A stretch of 64,000 nucleotides of DNA. Source: Dehalococcoidia bacterium. GTDB lineage: Bacteria > Chloroflexota > Dehalococcoidia > Bin125. Each line of letters opens with the position of its first letter. Within the stretch, counting starts at the first letter, position 1. The notes under the pieces were generated by a model. The model was not told the origin of the DNA. It searched no databases and saw only the letters and a list, made by a program, of their open reading frames with translations. The stretch is from contig CAXXRD010000002.1 of assembly GCA_963663895.2 (NCBI GenBank), forward strand, positions 96,001 through 160,000, read 5' to 3'. The translations under genes and the position numbers were made by a program. Below, piece by piece: positions 1 to 9,155 of the stretch.

Positions 1-20
1 TCGACGCCTACGACCAGCTG

Positions 21-1493
21 GTGGCCGTGGCCCGGACCGAGCGGCTCGCGGTCGAGTTCGAAGCGCTGGGGCCCGATTGCAACGGCTACTACCAGCGCGA
101 CGCCCGGCGCATCGTCCTGGCGACCGAACGGAGCCAGGCGCAACGCGTCAAGACGCTGGCCCACGAGCTCGCCCATCACTTCACGGAGAGCGACTGCCGC
201 CGGCCGGAGAAGGAGATCATCGCGGAATCGGTCGCCTACGTGGTCGGCGACGCGCTGGGCTTGGACACGAGCGACTACTCGTTCGGATACGTGGCCGCGT
301 GGAGCGGCGGCGACGCCGGGCCGATCAAGGAGACGGCCGCGGCCGTCCAGTCGGTCGCGCATCGCCTCCTGGACGCGCTCGAGGGGCCGCAGCCGGCGGC
401 CGGGGATTCCCCGGCCCCGGCCCCGGTCGCGGCCCCGGCTGCTGAATCCAACAAGGCAGCCACGGGCGGCGCGTTCGATGTCCGCTCGCGTTGCGCGCAA
501 TGCGGAGCGGCGGCGTCCGATGCCACCGGCCCGCGCGAGCAGCGGCGCTGTCATGCATGCCAGCAAGCGGAAGCGACGGCCGCAGCCAAGGCTACAGCCG
601 ATGCGCTCGCCAAGACCAAAGCGCAGCCGGCCCCGGCCCGTTGCGAGGATGACGACCACCCGAAGAGCTGTGAGCCCTGGCGCTGTGAGCGCTGCGGCGC
701 AACGCTGCACACGGTCAAGGATCACACGGCCCGGCTCCTCGCCGAGCACGAGCGCGCTTGCAAGTACAAACCGCGCAAGCGCGCGGCCGGGTACCGCGGC
801 CCCCGGCGCCAGCGCGCCCTGGAAGAGACGATCGACCCGGCCGAGGGTCTGATCCGCGTGGTCCTGGCCCGCGATGACGTGCAGCCGTGGGGCCAGCTCT
901 CGCCCATCGTGGGCGTGACGGCCACGTGGGGCGCGGCCATCGACCCGGCCGTGGTCCGGTCCCTGAGCACGCTGGACGGCTGGCAATCGCGCGGGCCCGC
1001 ATGGATGGAAGCGCAGGCCCGGGCCGCCGGATTCGCCCTCACGATGGATGCGTGTCCGGCCCACGGGCGATCGGTCGGGGGAGCCGGCCGCACCTACACG
1101 CGCATGGATTACCGCGTGAAGGCCGCGCAGGACGGCCAGCCATCGCTGCCGGCCGACGCGTGCAGCTGGTGGATCGACCCGGCCAGGAGCGACCAGGTCC
1201 GCCGGGCCGCGTGGGGCGGCATCATCACCAGCTACCAGGACATCCTGGAGCTCGAGGCGATGCGCGACCGCGGTCAGACGACCGTCGCCGAGAATCACGC
1301 GCTCGACGCGTTGACCGAGGAGCATCGCCGCGAGCTTTACGAGATCGCCCTCACGATCGCCCAGGAAGAGGAGCCTTGCCGGCCCGTGGAGATCATCCCG
1401 GGCCGGCCGGAAGGATTTCTCTGCCGCACGGAGCAGGACGACCTCCCGTGCGAGTTCGGCTGCCCCTGCCACGAAGAGGCCCGCGTCGCCTAG
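21..1493 (+). CDS. ArdC/ImmA-IrrE-like zincin metallopeptidase domain protein with downstream Cys/His zinc-binding motifs (probably 5'-truncated by window)
   Basis: TLAHELAHH (HExxH), EIIAESVAYVV..LGLDTSDYSFGYVAAW, then CAQC..CHAC, CERC..H..HERAC and terminal CEFGCPCH. Confidence 0.7.
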   Translation: MAVARTERLAVEFEALGPDCNGYYQRDARRIVLATERSQAQRVKTLAHELAHHFTESDCRRPEKEIIAESVAYVVGDALGLDTSDYSFGYVAAWSGGDAGPIKETAAAVQSVAHRLLDALEGPQPAAGDSPAPAPVAAPAAESNKAATGGAFDVRSRCAQCGAAASDATGPREQRRCHACQQAEATAAAKATADALAKTKAQPAPARCEDDDHPKSCEPWRCERCGATLHTVKDHTARLLAEHERACKYKPRKRAAGYRGPRRQRALEETIDPAEGLIRVVLARDDVQPWGQLSPIVGVTATWGAAIDPAVVRSLSTLDGWQSRGPAWMEAQARAAGFALTMDACPAHGRSVGGAGRTYTRMDYRVKAAQDGQPSLPADACSWWIDPARSDQVRRAAWGGIITSYQDILELEAMRDRGQTTVAENHALDALTEEHRRELYEIALTIAQEEEPCRPVEIIPGRPEGFLCRTEQDDLPCEFGCPCHEEARVA

Positions 1494-1500
1494 AGCCGAA

Positions 1501-1522
1501 AAGCGGCCCGCGCGGGCCGCTT
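1501..1522. terminator. Perfect 22-bp palindrome/hairpin after ORF 21-1493
   Basis: AAGCGGCCCGCGCGGGCCGCTT, 7 nt after the stop codon, flanked by an A-run on the left. Confidence 0.55.
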
Positions 1523-1761
1523 CCGACCGGGGATGGGCGACCGGCGCTGAACGAGGCAGCCCAGCACGCAAGCGAGGGACGGAGTGCCCGCGATGCACGT
1601 CAACCCAGGAGACCGCATCCCACCATCGGCGAGACCCAGCGGCACGCAAGCGCCATCGCCCGGCGCGCGGGCGCTGCGGGGGCCATCGTCTGCGACCATG
1701 GCGGCCAGGCGCAGGCCCGTTCGCACAGCGGGCCCCGATCCTGGGCGCGCACAGAGAAGGG

Positions 1762-2061
1762 ATGCCGGTGACCGCCATGGAGATCGACGCGCCGCCCTGC
1801 GCGGCGCATGCGTCCACGGGCCGCCGCTGGCAGTGTCCCGACTGCCGGCGGCTGTGGCGGCGGGCCTACCACCGCCAGTACCACAGCCAGCGCCTCAAAC
1901 CCGCCCGCCAGGCGCGCCGCGCCCAGCGGTTGGCGCAGCATCGCTGTACCTACTGCGGCCGGCCGCTGGACGAGGGAGCCCCCTACCAGCGCTGCGCCGC
2001 CTGCCGGGCCTATCTCACCGCCAAGCAGCGCGAATCCCGCGCCCGACGCCGAACGGAGTAA
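1762..2061 (+). CDS. Small basic Cys-rich (zinc-finger-like) protein
   Basis: CAAH, CPDC, CTYC and CAAC motifs, Arg-rich; immediately upstream of recombinase. Confidence 0.55.
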   Translation: MPVTAMEIDAPPCAAHASTGRRWQCPDCRRLWRRAYHRQYHSQRLKPARQARRAQRLAQHRCTYCGRPLDEGAPYQRCAACRAYLTAKQRESRARRRTE

Positions 2062-2099
2062 CCCCCGCTCGCACACTCGCGGCATCCCCTACGGCCCGC

Positions 2100-3155
2100 G
2101 TGGATAGGGATGCAACCGGCCACGGAGACGACAGCCCCGCGCTCCGTCTCGTCCGCGTCCCCGACCCGGTCGCCACTGCCACGGAAGGCAACGAGGCATC
2201 GGCCCCCGGCCTGCCGGATCCCCTGGCGGCCGGCTTCGCGGCGCCCGCCCCCGGCATCTCCGAGGAGGCGTTCGCCGCCCATGAGCGCGCGGCTGGCTGG
2301 AGCGCCAACACCTGCCGCGCCTACTGGCGTGCGTGGAGCACGTGGCAGGCCTGGGCCGCTGCCCACGGCGTGGGCGCGCTGCCCGCCCGCTGGCAAGATG
2401 TCCGCGCCTACCTGCTCGAGCGCGCCGCCGCCGGACGCACCCTGGCCACCCTCCGCGCCGACGCCGACGGCATCGCCGCCGTCCACACCACCACCCGCCA
2501 GCCCAACCCCTGCGCCAAGGGCGGAGCCGTGCGGATGGCGTTGACGCGGCTGGCCAAGGGGCGCGGCCGCGCCCCGCGCCAGGTGGCCGCCCTCGACGCC
2601 GCCGCGCTCGCCGCCATCCGCGCCACGGCCGCCCAGCCGCGCCGGGGCACCCGCCGCCGCGAATCGCCGGCCGCCGCCCGCCGGCGGGCCCTGCTCGACT
2701 GCGCCCTCGTGGGGCTGCTCAGCGATGGCGGGCTGCGGCGCTCCGAGGCCGCCGCCCTCCTCTGGGGGGATGTCGCCTGCGCCGACGATGGCTCGGGCCG
2801 CGTCACCGTGCGGCGCTCCAAGACGGACCCCACGGGCGAGGGGGCCGTGGTCGCGGTCACGCGCACCACCATGGAGGCCCTGGCAGCCCTGCGGGACGAG
2901 GCGCCCGACGACGCCCCCGTGATCGGCCTCTCGACGCGCCAGATCGCCCGCCGCATCAAGGCCGCCGCCCTCGCGGCCGGGCTGGGCGACGGCTTCAGCG
3001 GCCACTCCGGCCGGGTCGGCATGGCCCGCCGCATGGTCCGGGCCGGGGCGCCGACGGCCACCGTGCAGCGGCAGGGGCGCTGGAAATCGCCCGCCATGGT
3101 CGCCGCCTACACCCGCGCCGAATCCGCCGCCGAGGCGCTGCGCTTCCTTGAGTAG
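2100..3155 (+). CDS. Cre-like tyrosine recombinase (SAM-like N-terminus); start approximate
   Basis: SANTCRAYWRAW, LRRSE, RRSKTD, FSGHSGRVG, GRWKS..MVAAY catalytic motifs. Confidence 0.88.
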   Translation: MDRDATGHGDDSPALRLVRVPDPVATATEGNEASAPGLPDPLAAGFAAPAPGISEEAFAAHERAAGWSANTCRAYWRAWSTWQAWAAAHGVGALPARWQDVRAYLLERAAAGRTLATLRADADGIAAVHTTTRQPNPCAKGGAVRMALTRLAKGRGRAPRQVAALDAAALAAIRATAAQPRRGTRRRESPAAARRRALLDCALVGLLSDGGLRRSEAAALLWGDVACADDGSGRVTVRRSKTDPTGEGAVVAVTRTTMEALAALRDEAPDDAPVIGLSTRQIARRIKAAALAAGLGDGFSGHSGRVGMARRMVRAGAPTATVQRQGRWKSPAMVAAYTRAESAAEALRFLE

Positions 3156-3352
3156 GCCGGGTCGAACGGGCCGCGCACGGCGGTCAGTCGTCCGCCAGCA
3201 CTGCCGCCGCTCCACGCGGTTCAGCCTGCTCCGCTCCGCCTCCCGACTCGGGGCGGTCGTTGTCAGTCGACACCCTCGCTCGGCGCTGGACTCTCGGAGC
3301 GCTGTAGCTGAAAGGGCAGGGCCATCAACGTGCCCAGGCTCGACTCCCCAGG

Positions 3353-4546
3353 CTAATGATCCCCGGATCCAAGAGAGAAAGGCCTCTCAGAGACGCCGCC
3401 AGCGCTCCAACGGGATGCAGAAAGCACACAGAGCGAGAGCACCAACAAGATCAACTGTGTAGTTCGTTCCCCCCCCTCTTCAGAGCGGTTCTCGTCGGCA
3501 TCGCGAAGTTGCAGGAAGCTGGACGCGTCCCGGCGCAAGACGTGCCGGACGGCCTTGCGATCCATCCCGAACTCCCGTGCCAGGGCGTGCAGGGAGGCCC
3601 CTGCCTGAAAGGCGGACACGATCGCCCTGTCGCGCTTGGCGTTGCGTTTGCGGCGGGCCGCGCCACTGGCGCGTCCTCGGCGGCGGCCCCACTCCTGCTG
3701 CTCTGCAGGCGTGTAGAATCGTCCCTGCTCGATCCACTCTCGGCGGTATCGCTCCACCGACTTGGCCACCCCCCGGACTTCGCTGCCGGGCAGCGGGCCG
3801 CGCAGCGTGCCAGCGAACATGGTTTGGTTCCACGCCAAGGCGACCGGCTCGACGGGCTGCCCGAGATTACGCGCGGCTCCCGCCCAGCGCATCAACGCCT
3901 CAAAGAGGGCACAGTTGCGGCCGGGCTCGGTGCGCAGCTCGCGCGGTGCTCGCGGGCGGCGAAATCTGGCCGCGGCCGGATAGGCGGTGAGATCATCGAG
4001 GAGGTAGGGAAGCTCGCGGCCCCAGCGGACCTCAAAGAGATCAGGATCGACGCCGCACGGGTTGTGGGCCAGGACGCCGTTATAGCCAGGGTCCGCCTCC
4101 AAAACCGAAGCACCGTACTCCATAAAGCGGGCGAAGGCGCGCTGGGGCTTCAGCCGCGCCCTCGCGCCGTAGAGGACGGGGCGCAGGAGCGTGTAGAACA
4201 CCTGCGCGTGGCCGCTGGCTTCGCGCACCACGATCCAGTTGGCAGGCGGCAGCGTTCTTTTGAAATGAACCTCGACGATGTAGCGATCCAGCGCATCGCC
4301 GCCGTCAAGATCGAAGATCCCCACCGGCCAGCTGTTCGGCGTGCGGTATTCGATCGAGGGATACGTCCACGCTTCCACAACCGGCCGGCGAAACGAGTAC
4401 GCGAAGAGCCCCGTCGCGTCCTTGCCCCAGCTCACAAGCGGGTGCGCATGTGCCTCCTCGAGCCCATGGGCGCGGACGGGCTCAGGAACCGCCTCGATGG
4501 CAAACCGGGGACCGCGGAGCGGTGAAGCTGAGGAGGACGAAGACAT
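3353..4546 (-). CDS. ColE2-type replication initiator (Replicase + PriCT + C-terminal HTH)
   Basis: FDLD, SGHAQVFY, DPGYNGVLAHNP, GRNCALFE, EVRGVAKSVERY, and HTH GASLHALAREFGMDRKAVRHVL. Confidence 0.82.
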   Translation of the reverse strand: MSSSSSASPLRGPRFAIEAVPEPVRAHGLEEAHAHPLVSWGKDATGLFAYSFRRPVVEAWTYPSIEYRTPNSWPVGIFDLDGGDALDRYIVEVHFKRTLPPANWIVVREASGHAQVFYTLLRPVLYGARARLKPQRAFARFMEYGASVLEADPGYNGVLAHNPCGVDPDLFEVRWGRELPYLLDDLTAYPAAARFRRPRAPRELRTEPGRNCALFEALMRWAGAARNLGQPVEPVALAWNQTMFAGTLRGPLPGSEVRGVAKSVERYRREWIEQGRFYTPAEQQEWGRRRGRASGAARRKRNAKRDRAIVSAFQAGASLHALAREFGMDRKAVRHVLRRDASSFLQLRDADENRSEEGGERTTQLILLVLSLCVLSASRWSAGGVSERPFSLGSGDH

Positions 4547-4811
4547 GACCTTTCTCGCACAAAAGTGGTCTCTTGCCGAGGTCGGTCAATCCGGTACCCT
4601 CCCCATTCGTTTCGCTCCTCAAGACGCACACTTTCACCGAGGAGCGACGCGCGGGCAAGCCGATCTCCAATAGACCCACCGAGATATGTCGCTGGATGGG
4701 GCAGTTATCGATCAGCAGCGAGCAGAACACCCGGGAAGCGCCCGCACCACCCCCTAGGGTTGCAACCGGCCCTGCGGAATGCGGCGAGCCAGACATGAGG
4801 GCCGTACGTGC

Positions 4812-5000
4812 TTAGGCTGCCGGGCGGTCGCGAAGCCATGCCTCGACCTCCCTGCGCCGCCAGCCGACGGCCCGGGAGTTCGGACCCCCCAGCCGAAGGG
4901 CAGCCGGAAACTCACCAGCACGGACGCGCCGCCAGAGCGTGCTCCTGCTGAGACCGGTTAGGTCGCAGACCTCTTTTTGTCGCAGGATTTCTGGTTCCAT
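4812..5000 (-). CDS. alpA: AlpA-family excisionase/transcriptional regulator
   Basis: ILRQKEVCDLTGLSRSTLWRRVRAGEFP..LRLG..RAVGWRRREVEAWL. Confidence 0.9.
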   Translation of the reverse strand: MEPEILRQKEVCDLTGLSRSTLWRRVRAGEFPAALRLGGPNSRAVGWRRREVEAWLRDRPAA

Positions 5001-5132
5001 AGCGGCCTCCGGGGGTCATGGGAGGCCACCATATGCACAGCCATCTGTCGGTTCAAGCGTTATGGGCGGTGCACATCGAAATTGTCATGCCAGGGGCACG
5101 GACGCGGTGTCATGCCCGTTACGCGTATAGCG

Positions 5133-6296
5133 TCATGGGCCGTGCACATACGCTGCCCACTCTTGCATCAGCGCTCGTCGGCGCTCGAACAGATCCGATC
5201 GCCGATATGCGGCTTCGACGCGATCATTGTTGACGTGGGCGAGGGCCAGTTCGCACACTTCGCGGGGCGCGTCCGTGCACTCCGCCGCCCAATCGCGGAA
5301 GCTCGAGCGCATCCCATGCGGCACCGCTGGAATGCCGAGGTCGCGCAGCAGCTTGGAGAGCGTGTTGTCCGAGAGCACGCGGCCCTGGACGCTGGGGAAC
5401 ACGAGGCCCGATCCGTCCGCGAGTTCCTGGGCCGCATCGAGGACCGCGAGCGCGTGCGACGAGAGCGGGACCCGATGGGCGCGCCCCGCTTTCATGCGGG
5501 AGCCGGGAATGGTCCATGTTGCGCTTTCCCGGTCGATCTCTTCCCAGCGGGCGCCGCGAACCTCTCCCGACCGGCTCGCGGTCAGGGTCAGGAACTCCAG
5601 GGCGAGCTTGGTCGTCGGCGCGGCCGCAGACGCCCGCACCGCGGTGAGCGCGGCCCCGACTTCGGCGTGCGGGAGCGCCCGATGGTGCGCTTGCTGTCCC
5701 CCGTTCTTGGGGAGCGCGGCCCCGAGGGCCTCGCCGGCGGGGTTATCCTCGCGGTGGCCCTCGGCGATCGCCCAGCGCATCACCGCGCGGATGCGTTGCC
5801 GCACGCGCCGGGCCGTCTCCGGCTTCGCGCTCCAGATCGGCACGAGCACGGCCAGCACGTCCGCCGTGGTGATCTGATCGATCCGCTTGCGGCCCAACTG
5901 CGGCAGGACGTAGGTCCCGAGGCTGGCGCGCCACTGCTTCTCGTTCTTGCCGCCGTCCCGCCAGCCGGCCGCGTGAATCGCGATCACGGCGTCGACCGCG
6001 GCGGCGAAGGCGGGCACGCCGCCTCCGCGTGGATCCCGTCCCTGCGCGACCGCGCGGCGATTCTCCAAGGCCGCCTTGCGGGCCTCGGCCAGCGTGACCA
6101 CCGGATAGGCCCCTAGGCCGACGTTGAGCGGCCGGCCTGCGATCCGCAGCCGTTGGCTCCACGTCTTGGAGAGCCGGCCCGTGGATGTCGGCTTCACGAG
6201 CAGCGAGAGGCCGTAGCCGCCGCGCCCGTCGCCGTAGCGGCCTGGTACACTGATGGTCTTGACGAAGGCTGCGGAGAGGGTCTTAGGCCGTTGCAT
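5133..6296 (-). CDS. int: P4-family tyrosine integrase with N-terminal arm-binding domain
   Basis: PGRYGDGRGGYGLSL, GLGAYPVVTLAEAR, SRSGE, HGMRSSFRDW, LAHV, EAAYRRSDL. Confidence 0.93.
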   Translation of the reverse strand: MQRPKTLSAAFVKTISVPGRYGDGRGGYGLSLLVKPTSTGRLSKTWSQRLRIAGRPLNVGLGAYPVVTLAEARKAALENRRAVAQGRDPRGGGVPAFAAAVDAVIAIHAAGWRDGGKNEKQWRASLGTYVLPQLGRKRIDQITTADVLAVLVPIWSAKPETARRVRQRIRAVMRWAIAEGHREDNPAGEALGAALPKNGGQQAHHRALPHAEVGAALTAVRASAAAPTTKLALEFLTLTASRSGEVRGARWEEIDRESATWTIPGSRMKAGRAHRVPLSSHALAVLDAAQELADGSGLVFPSVQGRVLSDNTLSKLLRDLGIPAVPHGMRSSFRDWAAECTDAPREVCELALAHVNNDRVEAAYRRSDLFERRRALMQEWAAYVHGP

Positions 6297-6440
6297 GATG
6301 AACCACTTTGGTTATCACTTCTCGTGTGAGGCTAAGCGGTGCGCCGTGAAGCGTCAAGAAACTGATTCTACGAGAAATTCAGTGGTTTCTGACACATGCG
6401 GTCCAGCCTGCTAGCTCGCGAAATCTCCCATTTGCTGACA

Positions 6441-6452
6441 CACCCTCCGCCA
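6441..6452 (+). other. Putative att core (tRNA 3'-end remnant)
   Basis: CACCCTCCGCCA resembles the acceptor-stem/CCA end of tRNA-Ser; it lies ~145 bp upstream of the integrase start at the island/host junction. Confidence 0.45.
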
Positions 6453-6508
6453 TCGCGCTCCGCGCTCCACCGGCAACCGGTACCCTGACTGCTCATGAGG
6501 AGATCGCA

Positions 6509-7900
6509 GTGAGCGCCTATCACCTCTGGACCGTCGGTTGCCAGGTCAACCAAGCCGACTCCGGCAAGCTCGCCGCCGGCCTCCGCCGCCTCGGCTGGGA
6601 TCCCACCGATCATCCCGCCGACGCCGACTTCATCGTCCTCAACACCTGCGCGGTCCGCGAGCACGCCGAGGAGCGCGCCGCGTCCAAGCTCGGGTCGCTC
6701 GCCCACCTCAAGCGCAAAAACCCCGCCCTCAAGATCGCCGTGATGGGCTGCATGGTCGGACCCAAGGACGACGCTCTCCGCCGACGCTTCCCCTACGTGG
6801 ACGTCTTCGCCCGTCCCCAGCATTTCGACGAGGTTCTCTCGGTCCTGGGCCTTCCCCCGGACGACCTCGGCGGCGAGTTCTGGCCCTCCGTCTTCCCGCA
6901 GAGCGACGGCCACTCCACCGCCTTCGTTCCCGTCATCGAAGGCTGCGACAAATTCTGCACCTACTGCATCGTCCCTCTCCGGCGTGGCCGCGAGCGCAGC
7001 CGCCCGATCGCCGCCGTGGTCCAGGAGGTCCGCACGCACGTCGCCCGCGGCGTCCGCGAGGTCACCCTCCTCGGACAAACCGTCGAGGCCTACGGCAAGG
7101 ACCAACCCCCGGTCGATCCCGCCACTGCCCACGCCGACCTCTTCGACCTCATGGCCGCCTGCCAGGAAATCTCCGGCCTGCACCGCATCCGCGCCCTCAC
7201 CTCGTACCCCCCCGACATGAGCGACCGCATCCTGGAAGGGATGGCCGCCCTTCCCAAGGTCTGCGAGTCCTTCTCGCTCCCCGTCCAATCCGGCGACGAC
7301 CCGCTGCTCGCCAGCATGCGCCGCGGCTATACCGTCGACCGCTTCCGCGACCGCATCAGGAAGGTCCGCGACTGCATGCCCGCAGTCGGCATCAGCACCG
7401 ACGTCATCGTCGGCTTCCCCGGTGAGAGCGACGCCCAGTTCCAAAATACCCACGACCTCCTCGCCGAGCTGCGCTTCGACAAGGTCCACGCCGCCGCCTA
7501 CAGCCCCCGTCCCGGCACCTTCGCCGCGCGCAAGCAACCCAACACCGTCCCCGATCACGTCAAGGCCGAGCGGCTCCAAGCCGTCGAAGCCCTGCAGGCC
7601 GCCATCGCCGCCCAGATCAACCGGCGGCTCGAAGGCCGCACCCTGCAAGTGCTCGTCGAGGAGATCAAGCCCGGCGAGGGCCAAGGCCAAGACGCCTCAC
7701 CCGCCAGGCGCTGCAGCGGCCGTACCCGGACCAACAAGCTCGTCCATTTCGACGCGCCCTCTCCGGCCCCTCCCGCCGGGGGCAGCAGGTCCGACGTGGC
7801 CGCGGGCGACCTGGTCGAGGTGGCCATCACCGGCTCCGGGCCCTGGTCCCTTCGCGGCGCGCTCGTACCCGACAGACGGCCCAGCGCCATGCGGGCCTGA
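6509..7900 (+). CDS. miaB: tRNA (N6-isopentenyl-A37) methylthiotransferase MiaB
   Basis: TVGCQVN, NTCAVRE, radical SAM CDKFCTYC, TDVIVGFPGE, C-terminal TRAM. Confidence 0.93.
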   Translation: MSAYHLWTVGCQVNQADSGKLAAGLRRLGWDPTDHPADADFIVLNTCAVREHAEERAASKLGSLAHLKRKNPALKIAVMGCMVGPKDDALRRRFPYVDVFARPQHFDEVLSVLGLPPDDLGGEFWPSVFPQSDGHSTAFVPVIEGCDKFCTYCIVPLRRGRERSRPIAAVVQEVRTHVARGVREVTLLGQTVEAYGKDQPPVDPATAHADLFDLMAACQEISGLHRIRALTSYPPDMSDRILEGMAALPKVCESFSLPVQSGDDPLLASMRRGYTVDRFRDRIRKVRDCMPAVGISTDVIVGFPGESDAQFQNTHDLLAELRFDKVHAAAYSPRPGTFAARKQPNTVPDHVKAERLQAVEALQAAIAAQINRRLEGRTLQVLVEEIKPGEGQGQDASPARRCSGRTRTNKLVHFDAPSPAPPAGGSRSDVAAGDLVEVAITGSGPWSLRGALVPDRRPSAMRA

Positions 7901-7914
7901 TCTCGCAGAGGGAA

Positions 7915-8568
7915 ATGCCCCCCACCCAACCCACCGACCGCACCGTCGCCGTCCTCGTCGTCATCTTCACCGTCGCCGACGGCGCCCTGCAAGTCCTTCT
8001 CATCCAGCGCTCGGCGCCGCCCGATGAGGGCCGCTGGGCCATCCCCGGCGGCGCCCTCCGCCCCGACGAGGCGCTCGACGCCGCCGCCGTCCGCAAGCTC
8101 GCCGACGAAACCGGCGTCACCGACGTCTTCCTCGAACAGCTCTACACCTTCGACGGCCTCGACCCCGCCACTCCCACGACCACCGCCATCACCCACTTCG
8201 CCCTCGTCGACCATGCCCGCGTGCGCCTCCCCGAGCGTTCCGCCTGGCGGCCCGCCTGGTTCCCCATGGCCGCGCTCCCCGTCCTCGCTCTCCACAACGA
8301 CCGCGTCCTCGAAATCGCCCGCCGCCGCCTCATCAACAAGCTCGAATACACCAACGCCGCCTACAGCCTCCTGCCCGAGCACTTCCCCCTCTCCGACCTT
8401 CAAGCCGTCTACGAGAGCATCCTCGGCCGCCGGCTCGACAAGCGGAACTTCCGCCGCCGCATGCTCGCCTCCGGCCTCCTCGTGGCGACCGCCCGCACCG
8501 TGCAAGCCGGGCGGCACCGCCCCGCCCGCCTCTATCGCTTCGCCAGCCGTCTCCCGACCGAGCTCTGA
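7915..8568 (+). CDS. nrtR: NrtR Nudix-related transcriptional regulator
   Basis: Degenerate Nudix box (WAIPGG...RKLADETG), FLEQLYTF, C-terminal wHTH (LQAVYESILG..LDKRNFRR, GRHRPARLYRF); near nadABC. Confidence 0.88.
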   Translation: MPPTQPTDRTVAVLVVIFTVADGALQVLLIQRSAPPDEGRWAIPGGALRPDEALDAAAVRKLADETGVTDVFLEQLYTFDGLDPATPTTTAITHFALVDHARVRLPERSAWRPAWFPMAALPVLALHNDRVLEIARRRLINKLEYTNAAYSLLPEHFPLSDLQAVYESILGRRLDKRNFRRRMLASGLLVATARTVQAGRHRPARLYRFASRLPTEL

Positions 8569-8600
8569 ATCGAAAATATAAAGAGTTGCAGTACCGAGAA

Positions 8601-9012
8601 TTACTGGCGAGTTCGGATTCCTTCAAACACGTAGAATTCGGTACCTCCGACCTTCTCGTCGTCTATGAAAATGTTGATACTGTAGTTGCCTTTTTCGACG
8701 ATATCTATCTTAGCATCACAAGCCAAATCACCTACGAAAAAAGGAGAGTCGCCATAAGTGTCAAGTGTTAGCGATGACGGCTTATTGAAACACTGTTTCT
8801 CCACTGGGAGCAGTTGCACTCATTCGTATTTCTATACTCCTTCCAGCGTCAGTCGGATCTACCCGAAAGTGCATGAGAACCGTAAAGGGAAGTTGAGCGA
8901 TGGGGAACTCAGACGGCGGGATGATCAGAGAAGTAAAGAGTTTTTCGATATTCCACATCCTGTCTTCGGTCTGTTCTGCACTCTTGGCTGTGATTGCCCA
9001 GATAAGCTCCAT
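8601..9012 (-). pseudogene. AT-rich hypothetical protein (DUF6941-like beta-rich fold), split by one +1 frameshift near 8790
   Basis: ORFs 8782-9147 (from MELIWAI) and 8601-8819 join into ...SGETVFNKPSSL...GNYSINIFIDDEKVG if one T in GTGTTTCAAT is removed. Confidence 0.5.
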
Positions 9013-9155
9013 GACTTCCTTTCCTGATGAATCTGCACAGATCGAGCCCACTCTACTAGGTCCTGCGCATCCCCACTGACTTTCCCGCCTACACCGGCCA
9101 GAACCCGTTTTCATCAAAGCCGATGGTGAACCCATCAAAGACACCAAGCTGGGTT

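Larger units (their letters stand above)
1..6452. mobile_element. Integrative element / integrated plasmid or satellite (right part; left end outside window)
   Basis: P4-type integrase, AlpA, ColE2-like Rep, second tyrosine recombinase and polyvalent protein. Ends at CACCCTCCGCCA (tRNA 3'-end-like) just before housekeeping miaB. Confidence 0.8.

Noticed and set aside
3160-3500. Possible ColE2-like origin or recombinase res site downstream of rep
   Set aside because: The location is plausible but I could not identify iterons or a loxP-like palindrome to support a call
6380-6480. Possible full tRNA at the island junction
   Set aside because: No T-loop (GTTCRA) or cloverleaf on either strand; only a 3'-end-like 12-mer
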